A stretch of 55,221 nucleotides of DNA from an uncultured Candidatus Saccharibacteria bacterium (GTDB lineage: Bacteria > Patescibacteriota > Minisyncoccia > UBA6257 > GWB1-50-10): NCBI GenBank assembly GCA_964356375.1, contig CAYHGT010000005.1, forward strand, positions 1 to 55,221. Direction: 5' to 3'. The notes beneath the pieces were generated by a model. That model was not told where the DNA came from. It did not search any database and was given only the letters and a program-made list of their open reading frames with translations. The position numbers were made by a program, and so were the translations under genes. Positions 46,191 to 55,221 of the stretch are shown here, one piece after another (position 1 is the first letter of the stretch; the number at the start of each line of letters is the position of its first letter).

Positions 46191-47315
46191 ATGATGAATA
46201 TAAAGCTTGCTCGTCCGTGTATCGGTGAGGAAGAAATCAGCGCTGTGGTGGACGCGCTTCAAAAAACAGAGATTTCCGGACTTTTTGGAAGTTGCATTAC
46301 GGAATTTGAAAAAGGGTTTGCGAATTATTGCGAATGCGAACAGGGTATTGCGGTTGCGAATGGCACGGTTGCTCTGCATCTTGCACTCGCAACGCTTGGC
46401 ATTGGTTCTGGTGATGAAGTGCTCGTGTCTACGTTTACGAACATGGCGACATTCTTCGCCGTGCTTTACACTGGCGCGACGCCGATTCCCATCGATATCG
46501 AACCCGATACGTGGAATATGAATCCCGACCTTTTGGAGGCGAAGATTACCCCCAAGACCAAGGCGATTCTTGTGGTTCACATCTATGGGCATCCTGTGGA
46601 TATGGACAAGGTTTCTGCAGTCGCAAAGAAGTATAACCTTTTCGTAATTGAAGATGCCGCGGAAGCGCACGGCGCTCTCTATAAGGGGAGGAAGGCTGGG
46701 TCGCTTAGCGATATCGCGTGTTTCAGTTTTTTTGCGAATAAGATTCTGACGACGGGCGAAGGTGGTATGCTCACGACGAACAATGCGTCACTTGCCGCAA
46801 AAGCTCGGTCACTCAAATCTCTCGCGTACGGCACGGAAAACAAGTTCATGCACTCCGACGTCGGTTTCAATTATCGAATGTCAAACATCCATGCGGCCAT
46901 CGGCTGTGCACAGCTTCCGAAGGTGGAAGAGGTGATTCGCAGGAAGCGCGAGATTGCTCGTATGTACGAGATGCAACTTGGAAGTTTGGCAGAACTTCAG
47001 CTTCCTGTTGAGAAGAGCTACGCGCGGAATGTGTACTGGATGTATCACGTCGTCTTGCGTGGACGTGCGACAGGAATGCGTGACTTCGTCACGGATTTCC
47101 TTGCTACACATGGCATTGAGACGCGTCCTGCGTTCATTCCCGCAAACATGCAGAAGGTTTTCATTGAGCGTGGATTCACGCGTCCCGACGACTGTCCCAA
47201 TGCAAATTATGTGGGTGAGAATGGATTCTACATTCCATGCAGTCCAGACATCACCATTCAGGAATGTCGTGTTATTGCCTCCTGTCTGCGCGCCGCGATT
47301 TCCAGAGCTATGTAG
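46191..47315 (+). CDS. DegT/DnrJ/EryC1/StrS aminotransferase (perosamine synthetase-like)
   Basis: NGTVALHLAL, EDAAEAHG, FSFFANKILTTGEGG (PLP Lys), GFNYRMSN. Confidence 0.92.
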   Translation: MMNIKLARPCIGEEEISAVVDALQKTEISGLFGSCITEFEKGFANYCECEQGIAVANGTVALHLALATLGIGSGDEVLVSTFTNMATFFAVLYTGATPIPIDIEPDTWNMNPDLLEAKITPKTKAILVVHIYGHPVDMDKVSAVAKKYNLFVIEDAAEAHGALYKGRKAGSLSDIACFSFFANKILTTGEGGMLTTNNASLAAKARSLKSLAYGTENKFMHSDVGFNYRMSNIHAAIGCAQLPKVEEVIRRKREIARMYEMQLGSLAELQLPVEKSYARNVYWMYHVVLRGRATGMRDFVTDFLATHGIETRPAFIPANMQKVFIERGFTRPDDCPNANYVGENGFYIPCSPDITIQECRVIASCLRAAISRAM

Positions 47316-47322
47316 TCAGAAC

Positions 47323-47353
47323 AACGCCCCCGTAATACGGGGGCGTTTTATTT
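47323..47353 (+). terminator. Intrinsic terminator
   Basis: AACGCCCCCGT/ACGGGGGCGTT plus T tract. Confidence 0.8.
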
Positions 47354-47398
47354 ACACATTTTCCGTGATATAGTGACATAAATCACGCAAGAATTTAT

Positions 47399-48361
47399 AT
47401 GATTGTAGTCACAGGATCAAACGGGTTTATTGGTAGCACCCTTATTTCCGAGATAAATAAGAGTTTTCCTGACGAAAAAATTTTTTGTATGGATCCTGTG
47501 CCACTCACCAAGCACAATCTTTTAAGAGGAAAAAAGAATATTTTGAATGTTGATTGGGATGATTTTTGGGTTGCGTTGGAATCGCACAAGAGGGAAATAC
47601 ACTTTTTTATTCACATTGGGGCAATATCTTCTACCACGGAGAAAAGTTGGAAAAAACTAAAAGAGAAGAACATTGTGTTTTCCCAAAAAGTTTTTTCATG
47701 GTGCTCAAAAAATAAAATACCTTTGATTTACGCAAGTTCGGCGGCGGTCTATGGCGATGGCTCCCTTGGTTTTAGCGAGGCGACAGATTTCAGAAAATTG
47801 AGGCCACTAAATTTGTATGGGAAATCCAAATTAGACATTGATAAATGGGTTACTGCGCAAAAAAAGCAGCCACCCAATTGGTATGGACTAAGGTTTTTTA
47901 ATGTGTTTGGACCGAATGAGGACTTCAAGGGTCCGATGGCAAGCATGATATATAAGTCTTACCCCCACATTAAAAAAGATAAGAAAATAAAATTGTTTAA
48001 ATCATATCATCCTAAATATAAGGATGGCGAGCAGAAAAGAGATTTTGTATATGTAAAAGATATCACGCGCTGGATTGTGGAGATAATGCACAAGCGCCCC
48101 AAGAGTGGAATTTATAACTTAGGCCAGGGGAAGCCAGCTACGTGGTTGGATGTTGCCACTTGCATGTTTGATACTGCGCACATTAAAAAGCAGATAGAAT
48201 TTGTTGATATGCCAACAAATGTAAAAAAGCAGTATCAATATTTTACCTGCGCAAATATGAATAAATGGTATGAGAATGAAATGTCAAGGCCGAAATGGCC
48301 AGTGAAAAAAGCCGTGAACGATTATATTGTGGTCCACTTAGCAAAGAACAAACTTTATTAA
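47399..48361 (+). CDS. rfaD: ADP-L-glycero-D-manno-heptose 6-epimerase
   Basis: MIVVTGSNGFIGS, GAISSTTE, YASSAAVYG, PLNLYGKSK, RFFNVFGPNE..KG.MAS, YQYFT.A. Confidence 0.88.
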   Translation: MIVVTGSNGFIGSTLISEINKSFPDEKIFCMDPVPLTKHNLLRGKKNILNVDWDDFWVALESHKREIHFFIHIGAISSTTEKSWKKLKEKNIVFSQKVFSWCSKNKIPLIYASSAAVYGDGSLGFSEATDFRKLRPLNLYGKSKLDIDKWVTAQKKQPPNWYGLRFFNVFGPNEDFKGPMASMIYKSYPHIKKDKKIKLFKSYHPKYKDGEQKRDFVYVKDITRWIVEIMHKRPKSGIYNLGQGKPATWLDVATCMFDTAHIKKQIEFVDMPTNVKKQYQYFTCANMNKWYENEMSRPKWPVKKAVNDYIVVHLAKNKLY

Positions 48362-48456
48362 TCGCGCGCTATCAACAACCTCACAGATAATGGGTTCGAA
48401 TTTGGACGATCACCCGGTATGTTGAAGTTTTTTCTTGTGTGGTCTAAGATTTGCGT

Positions 48457-49533
48457 ATGTCCAAAGATAAAAAAGCAAAGACAAAAACCGTACTAATTAC
48501 AGGGGGGGCAGGTTTTATAGGTAGCAACGTGCTTATATATCTTTTTGATAAATACAAAGATTACAAATTTATAGTGTTGGATGTGCTAACCTACGCAGCC
48601 GATATTAAAAATATCCCCGATAGAATAAAGAATAGTCCGAGATTTAAGTTTTGGTATGGCGACGTAAGAAATGCAAAACTCGTAGAGCACTTGGTTGAGC
48701 AGGCAACTATAGTGGTGCACTTCGCCGCGGAAACGCACGTGACGAGGTCAATTTATGACGATGCAATATTTTTTGAAACAGACGTATTGGGAACGCAACG
48801 TGTATCAAATGCGGTTCTTCATAATCGCGACAAGATAGAGAGATTTATTCATATTTCTACAAGCGAGGTGTATGGAACGGCCGTCGCTCCAAAAATGTCC
48901 GAGAATCATCCATTGAATCCTATGAGTCCGTATGCGGCCGCAAAAGCAGGTGCGGATAGGTTGGTGTATTCATATGTCGCCACCTATAAGATTCCGGCAA
49001 CCATCATTCGTCCGTTCAATATGTACGGACCACAGCAACACTTGGAAAAATTAATTCCTCGGTTTATCACGAGTTGTATTTTGGGTGAGCCACTCTCTAT
49101 TCATGGAACAGGAGATAGCAAACGAGATTTCACGCACGTTGAAGATTTGGCGCACGCGATAGATTTGGTTTTACATGCTCCTATTAAAAAAGTTGCAGGA
49201 GAAGTATTTAACGTGGGCTCCGCGACGGACATCTCAGTGAATGAGATAGCCGATGCGATTTTGAAACTAATGAAGGGTGTGGATAGAGGTAGCTCAAAAA
49301 AGCACAATCCGTACGCATTAAATGTGGGCGATAGACCTGGGCAGGTGTTCAGGCACACCGCAGATACAAGCAAGATTAGAAGGGTATTGGGGTGGAAGCC
49401 GAAAGTTGATTTTAAGCATGGAATAAAAGAAACGATTGATTGGTATGTAAAAAATAGAGATTGGTGGGAGGGAAAGATTTGGATGCGTTGCGTACCGATT
49501 GAAACGGAAGGAGGGAAGACCGAAATGCACTAA
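48457..49533 (+). CDS. rfbB: dTDP-glucose 4,6-dehydratase-like protein
   Basis: GGAGFIGSN, D.LTYA, HFAAETHV.RSI, SPYAAAKA, HLEKLIP, DRPG. Confidence 0.8.
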   Translation: MSKDKKAKTKTVLITGGAGFIGSNVLIYLFDKYKDYKFIVLDVLTYAADIKNIPDRIKNSPRFKFWYGDVRNAKLVEHLVEQATIVVHFAAETHVTRSIYDDAIFFETDVLGTQRVSNAVLHNRDKIERFIHISTSEVYGTAVAPKMSENHPLNPMSPYAAAKAGADRLVYSYVATYKIPATIIRPFNMYGPQQHLEKLIPRFITSCILGEPLSIHGTGDSKRDFTHVEDLAHAIDLVLHAPIKKVAGEVFNVGSATDISVNEIADAILKLMKGVDRGSSKKHNPYALNVGDRPGQVFRHTADTSKIRRVLGWKPKVDFKHGIKETIDWYVKNRDWWEGKIWMRCVPIETEGGKTEMH

Positions 49534-49541
49534 CTTATACG

Positions 49542-50777
49542 ATGAATCCGCTTATAAAAAATAAGAAATTTGTTCGTGGCAGGGATTGGGTTTGGTACGC
49601 TCCGAACACGAGTGATGCATTTGGGGCGAATGAAAAAAGAGCGGTAGCCAAGGTCCTAGACAAGGGATGGCTTGCGTTAGGCGAGACCGCTAAAAATTTT
49701 GAAGATAAGGTTGCTAATATTTTTGGTAAAAAATATGGGCTTTTTGTAAATTCCGGATCGTCCGCAAATCTTTTGGCGCTAGAGGCGATGCATTTTCCCA
49801 AAGGAGCTGAGGTAATAACTCCCGCATGCACATTTAACACCACCGTTGCGCCAATCGTGCAGGCGGGACTCACGCCCGTTTTTGTGGATGTAAATCTCGG
49901 CACATACCAGATAGATGTTGCGGAAATGAAAAAAGCATTATCGCGAAAAACAGTCGCGGTTATGGCACCCCATCTTATTGGAAATTTTATTGATTTGCCC
50001 GCGGTTCGATTATTTTGCAAAAAGAACAAACTCATATTTATTGAGGATAGTTGCGACACAATCGGTGGGAAGTTTAACGGCAAACCTTCCGGAGCATTCA
50101 GCGATGTGGTTACCACCAGTTTCTACGCGTCGCATTTGATTACAACGGGTGGCGCGGGAGGAATGCTGATGACGAATGATAAGAAACTGAGAGAACGCGC
50201 CCGACTATTTAGAGATTGGGGGCGTGGAATATCAAAGCACGACGAGAACATTCGTTCGCGCCTCGCTACATTCAAAATAGGCGGTAAGCCATATGATAGC
50301 GCCTTTGTGTTCGTAGAACGAGGATATAACTTCAAGCCCACAGAGATGCAGGCCGCTTTTGGTTTGGAGCAGTTGAACAGATTGAGTGGATTTACCAGTT
50401 TGCGTCGAGAAAATTTCAAGTGTCTTTACTCATTTTTCAAAGATTTTGAGAAGTATTTTATTCTTCCGAAGGAAATGCCGAAGACATATACAAATTGGCT
50501 TGCGTTTCCGCTTACCATAAAAGAGGGCGCACCATTTTCCAGAAATGCGCTCGTTACGTATTTGGAAGATCATAAGATTCAAACAAGGCCTCTTTTTTCA
50601 GGCGACATAACCGAACAGCCCGCATATGTAAAAATTCCGTATAGAAAAATCGGCACACTTAAGAATGCGAAAACGATAATGAAGAATTCTTTTTTGGTTG
50701 GATTGCATCACGGTCTAACCAAGGAAATGGTTGATTATATGACGGAGGTTTTTTCCGATTTTTTGAAAAAAATCTAA
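49542..50777 (+). CDS. RfbH/DdhC/ColD-like NDP-4-keto-6-deoxyhexose 3-dehydratase
   Basis: VNSGSSANLLA, EDSCD, SFYASHLITT (His at the usual PLP-Lys position), RDWGR, GYNFK. Confidence 0.8.
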   Translation: MNPLIKNKKFVRGRDWVWYAPNTSDAFGANEKRAVAKVLDKGWLALGETAKNFEDKVANIFGKKYGLFVNSGSSANLLALEAMHFPKGAEVITPACTFNTTVAPIVQAGLTPVFVDVNLGTYQIDVAEMKKALSRKTVAVMAPHLIGNFIDLPAVRLFCKKNKLIFIEDSCDTIGGKFNGKPSGAFSDVVTTSFYASHLITTGGAGGMLMTNDKKLRERARLFRDWGRGISKHDENIRSRLATFKIGGKPYDSAFVFVERGYNFKPTEMQAAFGLEQLNRLSGFTSLRRENFKCLYSFFKDFEKYFILPKEMPKTYTNWLAFPLTIKEGAPFSRNALVTYLEDHKIQTRPLFSGDITEQPAYVKIPYRKIGTLKNAKTIMKNSFLVGLHHGLTKEMVDYMTEVFSDFLKKI

Positions 50778-50803
50778 ATGAATGGTTGTTCGACTGATTC
50801 AAT

Positions 50804-51724
50804 ATGAAAATAATTATTACCGGAGGCGCGGGCTTTATAGCTTCACATATTGCGGATGCCTACATTAAAAAAGGACATACGGTTGTACTTATTGATAATT
50901 TGGTCACTGGGTTTAAGAGAAACATAAACCCCAAGGCCAAATTTTATAATGCAGATATACGTAACGTCGAATCTATTGAGCGTATTTTCAAAAAGGAAAA
51001 GCCAGAGATCGTGTGCCACTATGCGGCCATAGTGGAGGTTATAAAATCCATTATTGATCCCAATACCACCTACGAGGTTAATATATTGGGAACTTCAAAT
51101 GTTGCGCGTCTATTCGGAAAATATGGAGTTGGTAGAAAAAAGAAATTCATCTTTGCCTCAAGTGGTGGCACGGTATATGGGAATGCAAAGAATATTCCTA
51201 CAACCGAAGATGAGCCAACCATTCCAGAGTCGCCGTACGGGCTATCCAAATTATTAGGCGAGGAGTTTGTTACATTTTATGCCAGACAATTTGGATTCAA
51301 TTATTGTATATTTCGCTATCCGAATGTGTATGGACCAAGACAAAATCCAAAGGGCGAGGCGGGGGTTACAGCGATTTTTGCTGGGCTTATGAAGAAGGGT
51401 GAGCGACCCACTATTTTTGGTGACGGGAAAAAAATGAGGGATTACGTTTTTGTTGAGGATATTGTGAGGGCAAATATGCTTGCGTTAAGTCGTGGCGAAA
51501 ACGTAATTTTGAATATCGGGTCTGGTAAGCCAACAAGCGATAGGGATATTTTTGACATAATAGTTCTTGAGACCAGATTTTTCGGGGAACCTATCTATGC
51601 CCCACATCGAAAAGGCGAAGCGTACATAATAGCGCTATCGGCCAAGCGAGCAAAAAGAGTACTTGGGTGGAGGCCCACCATTCACGTGAAAGAGGGTATT
51701 TGTCGTGTGGTGCGTGCGTTGTAA
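50804..51724 (+). CDS. UDP-glucose 4-epimerase-like SDR
   Basis: GGAGFIASH, SSGGTVYG, SPYGLSK, NVYGPRQNP.GEAGV. Confidence 0.85.
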   Translation: MKIIITGGAGFIASHIADAYIKKGHTVVLIDNLVTGFKRNINPKAKFYNADIRNVESIERIFKKEKPEIVCHYAAIVEVIKSIIDPNTTYEVNILGTSNVARLFGKYGVGRKKKFIFASSGGTVYGNAKNIPTTEDEPTIPESPYGLSKLLGEEFVTFYARQFGFNYCIFRYPNVYGPRQNPKGEAGVTAIFAGLMKKGERPTIFGDGKKMRDYVFVEDIVRANMLALSRGENVILNIGSGKPTSDRDIFDIIVLETRFFGEPIYAPHRKGEAYIIALSAKRAKRVLGWRPTIHVKEGICRVVRAL

Positions 51725-51748
51725 TGAGCGATTTAAAATTAAACGTAA

Positions 51749-52687
51749 ATGGATAAAATTTTGATAACTGGTGGGACTGGGTTTGTGGGCGCTAATTTTG
51801 TGCGCAGATTTGTGCGCGAGGGAAACGAGGTGCATTTAATTGTGAGAGAAAGCTCCGATTTGTGGAGAGTAAGCGATATTCGGGAAAAATTATTTTTACA
51901 CACCGCAGATATTACAAACAAAATTGCCGTAGATGATGTATTTAGGGCTGTCAGGCCTCAGGTGGTTTTACATTTCGCGGCGCATGGCGCGGGCACGGCA
52001 AAAGATCGAAATGATGCAGAGGGTGCAACCGCAATCAATTTGCTTGGGACTGTGTACCTCGCAGATGCGTTTGCGGAGTTTGGAGGGAAATGTTTTATCA
52101 ACGCGGGTTCCAGTTCTGAATATGGAAAGAAAGACCATCCCATATCAGAAGATAATATTTTGGCCCCAGAGAGCTTATATGGCATTACGAAGGCCGCAGC
52201 AACACTCTATTGCTCAAATCTCGCAACGCAAAAGGACCTACCAATCACAACACTTCGTCTTTTTTCGCCATTCGGATATTTTGAGGGAGAGGGAAGATTG
52301 ATGTTGGCGATTGCGAGAGCCGCGTCGGGTTTAGGAAAATTTGAGGCGTCATCCCCCGACGTAGTGAGAGACCTTATTTTTATTGACGATGTTATGGATG
52401 CATTTATGCTCGCTATTCAAAATATACAAAAAATCAAAGGCGAGGTGATCAATATTGCTTCTGGCACACAACGCTCTATTGCTGAAATTGTGGCGCTCGC
52501 TCAAAAAATAAGCGGTTTAAAATTTGAGGTAATCTATGGTACGCTTCCTTTAACGAAATCCGAGCCTAAAATGTGGGTTGCCGATATTTCAAAAGCTAAC
52601 GAGTTGTTGGGATGGAGGCCGGCGCGTACGCTTGAGGAGGGATTAACCAAGTATGTGCGGTGGATAAAAAACACTAGCGCAAAATAA
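51749..52687 (+). CDS. NAD-dependent epimerase/reductase
   Basis: GGTGFVGAN, GSSSEYG, YGITK. Confidence 0.85.
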   Translation: MDKILITGGTGFVGANFVRRFVREGNEVHLIVRESSDLWRVSDIREKLFLHTADITNKIAVDDVFRAVRPQVVLHFAAHGAGTAKDRNDAEGATAINLLGTVYLADAFAEFGGKCFINAGSSSEYGKKDHPISEDNILAPESLYGITKAAATLYCSNLATQKDLPITTLRLFSPFGYFEGEGRLMLAIARAASGLGKFEASSPDVVRDLIFIDDVMDAFMLAIQNIQKIKGEVINIASGTQRSIAEIVALAQKISGLKFEVIYGTLPLTKSEPKMWVADISKANELLGWRPARTLEEGLTKYVRWIKNTSAK

Positions 52688-52697
52688 TCTGATTTTC

Positions 52698-53519
52698 ATG
52701 CATAAAAATAAATTTAATGATTTAGAGAAGAAGGCAAAAGCATTACGACGGAGGATAATAGAGATGATATTTAAGGCGAGCGCCTCTCATCTTGCCTCCG
52801 CATATTCCGCGCTTGATATTCTTTTATATCTATACACCTTTGTTTTGAAGATTGACCCAAAAAATCCGAAACATGAGGAGCGCGACAGATTTATTTTAAG
52901 TAAGGGCTGGGGGGCGTCCGCGTTGTATGTGGTGCTGGCAGACAAAGGTTTCTTCCCGAAAAAAGAACTTGATACCTATTGTATGGATGGGAGCAGATTG
53001 GTTGGTATTACCACCATGAGTGGGGTGCCGGGCATAGAAGCAACCACTGGGTCAATGGGTCATGGGTTGCCGATTGGGGCGGGCATGGCACTTGCGGGTA
53101 AAAAGCTGAAGAGTAGGCGGAGAGTTTTTGTGGTAATAAGTGATGGAGAGTTGGATGAGGGTTCTACGTGGGAGGCAATTCTTTTTGCGGGACACAATCA
53201 TTTGGATAATTTGACGGTTATTGTTGACTATAACGGGTGGCAATCATTTGGTCGCACCAAGGAGGTGCTTACTATTGATCCGGTGCCTGAAAAATTTGAA
53301 GCGTTTGGTTGGTCTGCGGTAGAGGCGGACGGAAACGACTTTGCGTCTTTGGAAAAAGCGTTTGCAAAAATCCCATTAGAGAAAAATAAACCCACGGCAA
53401 TAATAGCGCATACCGTAAAGGGTAGGGGCGTCTCATTTATAGAAGACAAGAACGAGTGGCACTATAAATATCCATCCGAACACGAACTTGCAGAGGCAAT
53501 AAAAGAACTATCAAAATAA
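52698..53519 (+). CDS. Transketolase, N-terminal (ThDP-binding) subunit
   Basis: RDRFILSKG, TGSMGHGL, SDGELDEGS.WEA, HTVKGRG, WH. Confidence 0.9.
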   Translation: MHKNKFNDLEKKAKALRRRIIEMIFKASASHLASAYSALDILLYLYTFVLKIDPKNPKHEERDRFILSKGWGASALYVVLADKGFFPKKELDTYCMDGSRLVGITTMSGVPGIEATTGSMGHGLPIGAGMALAGKKLKSRRRVFVVISDGELDEGSTWEAILFAGHNHLDNLTVIVDYNGWQSFGRTKEVLTIDPVPEKFEAFGWSAVEADGNDFASLEKAFAKIPLEKNKPTAIIAHTVKGRGVSFIEDKNEWHYKYPSEHELAEAIKELSK

Positions 53520-53520
53520 T

Positions 53521-54453
53521 ATGAGAGGAACTTTTGTAAAAACATTAATGGGCATGATGGATAAAGACGAACACATACTTGTCGTTACTGCAGATATGGG
53601 CTACGGAACTTTTGAAGAGTTACGGGACAAGTTTCCTGAGCGTTTTGTGAATACTGGTGTTTCCGAGGCAAATGCCGCGGGTGTGTGTGCGGGTTTGGCA
53701 CTTAGCGGATATACGGTCTTCTTTTATGCGCAGGCCGAGTTCGTGACATTGCGTTGTTTTGAACAGGTTCGGCTGGACATTGCCTCAAACAATTTGAATG
53801 TGAAATTTGTGGGAACCTCTTCCGGTTACACGCTTTGTCAATACGGCATTAGTCACTTTGCACTTGAGGACGTCGCTATAATGCGCTCTTTGCCTAATAT
53901 GACCATATTGTGCCCCGGTGACATATATGAAGCAGAGTTGGCTACCAAGCTGGCCTGTTCGTTCAACGGGCCCGCCTATATACGCATTGGTCGCTCTAAT
54001 AGCGCGAAGGACGTGTGTATACACGCAAAAGCTCCAAAGATGCGGATTGGAGAACCAATCACGATAGTAGAGGGAAATGGTCCCGTAATAGTTTCTACTG
54101 GAAGTATGTTGTGTGTAGCCAAAGAAACGGCGGAACTTTTGCGAAAGGATGGAATCAAGGCAAAATTGGTCTCACTTCCTACGGTAAAACCGCTTAACGT
54201 GAAAAAAATTCTCGGGCTTTTTAAAAATAACAAAACGGTATATGTACTTGAAGAGCACAGCATGATAGGTGGACTTGGAACCGCAATAGCCGAAATAGTT
54301 GCCGATGTTGGTTTGCCGTATCGAGTCGTCCGATTGGGAACAAAAGATACCGCGTTGCACATCACTGGAAGCAGAGATTATCTTTTGTCCATGAGTGGAC
54401 TACGCCCAAAAACGATTGCACGTAAAATAGCAAAGGATATACAAAAAATATGA
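53521..54453 (+). CDS. Transketolase, C-terminal subunit
   Basis: ADMG, PERFVNTGVSEAN, EQVRLD, SH.ALED, EEHS.IGGLG. Confidence 0.9.
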   Translation: MRGTFVKTLMGMMDKDEHILVVTADMGYGTFEELRDKFPERFVNTGVSEANAAGVCAGLALSGYTVFFYAQAEFVTLRCFEQVRLDIASNNLNVKFVGTSSGYTLCQYGISHFALEDVAIMRSLPNMTILCPGDIYEAELATKLACSFNGPAYIRIGRSNSAKDVCIHAKAPKMRIGEPITIVEGNGPVIVSTGSMLCVAKETAELLRKDGIKAKLVSLPTVKPLNVKKILGLFKNNKTVYVLEEHSMIGGLGTAIAEIVADVGLPYRVVRLGTKDTALHITGSRDYLLSMSGLRPKTIARKIAKDIQKI

Positions 54454-55221
54454 AAGTAGCCATCTCTGTTCCGGGAAGATTCCATTTGTTTGAGTTGGCA
54501 CAGCAACTTCTTAAGCGTGGCTACTTGTCTCAGTTAATAACTTCCTATCCAAAATTTGAGGTAAAAAAATATGGGATTCCCACTAATTTGGTTCGGTCAA
54601 TTATATCCAAAGAAATTTTATTTCGCGGTTGGGAAAAGATGCCACTATGGCTAAGGAAAGTTTTTAATCCCCAGTTCTTGATTCATGATTTTTTTGATAT
54701 CTTGGCGGCGCGTAGTTTGAAGCAGGCCGATATCGTGGTTGGCGGATCGTCTGTTTTTTTACGTACACTGAATCGTGCAAAAAAATTTGGTGCAATTACT
54801 GTTGTGGAGCGGGGAAGTTCGCATATGGCATATCAAAACAGAATTCTCAGGGAGGAGTATGAATTATGTGGTATGAAGCCACCCCCGATGAGTGTGCCAC
54901 ACCCAAAAATAATCAAGAAAGAACTGGAGGAATATGCGCGAACGGACTATATTTCGATACCATCTATTTTTGTAAAAAATACCTTTTTAAACGAAGGAAT
55001 TCCTGAAGAAAAAATAATTCACGTGCCGTATGGAGTTAATCTTTCCGCATTCAAACAAGTTTCTAAAATTGACAACACGTTTAGAGTAATTTTTGCCGGA
55101 GGCATGTGCATACGGAAGGGCGTTCATTATTTATTGCAAGCTTTTGCAGAACTAAATCTACCAAACTCCGAACTTATGCTTTTGGGGGCAATGAACGAAG
55201 AGATGGCACCGTTTTTTAAAA
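54450..55221 (+). CDS. Glycosyltransferase family 4 (partial, runs off window end)
   Basis: ATG 54450 opens MKVAISVPGRFHLFELAQQL...; later 'VPYGVNL' and 'FAGG.CIRKGVHYLLQAF'; no stop seen before the edge. Confidence 0.8.
   Translation, partial: MKVAISVPGRFHLFELAQQLLKRGYLSQLITSYPKFEVKKYGIPTNLVRSIISKEILFRGWEKMPLWLRKVFNPQFLIHDFFDILAARSLKQADIVVGGSSVFLRTLNRAKKFGAITVVERGSSHMAYQNRILREEYELCGMKPPPMSVPHPKIIKKELEEYARTDYISIPSIFVKNTFLNEGIPEEKIIHVPYGVNLSAFKQVSKIDNTFRVIFAGGMCIRKGVHYLLQAFAELNLPNSELMLLGAMNEEMAPFFK

Overview
This 55 kb window looks like Patescibacteria (CPR, Parcubacteria-like) chromosome read with genetic code 11; the taxonomy is inferred from gene content and style. The first ~14 kb is a patchwork. 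It holds tRNA-Phe and tRNA-His, a LAGLIDADG ORF whose stop codon lies inside tRNA-Phe, a DedA protein, an ArfB-like factor with GGH instead of GGQ, a cysteine desulfurase, a SIMPL protein, ClpB, several solitary orphan genes and many small palindromic repeats. 14.5-19.9 kb holds two convergent Thr/Ser-rich secreted surface proteins with peptidoglycan-binding-like domains. 20-55 kb is a large surface-glycan locus that runs off the window end: O-antigen-ligase-like protein, flippase, heptose pathway, deoxysugar and branched-sugar enzymes, methyltransferases and glycosyltransferases. The strongest unexplained signals are: (1) a ~770 nt GC-rich, hairpin-dense, minus-strand unit at ~8630-9405 with promoter, boxA-like motif, GNRA tetraloops and terminator but no credible ORF, a candidate new large ncRNA; (2) a GIY-YIG mini-gene bounded by ~23 bp inverted repeats between a CIRCE-type promoter and clpB; (3) three ~100 bp elements with conserved ATCCCGTTA...TAACGGGAT ends and unrelated interiors; (4) an AAAGGTCG-type motif upstream of four secreted-protein genes. 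All calls are by eye; no searches were run.
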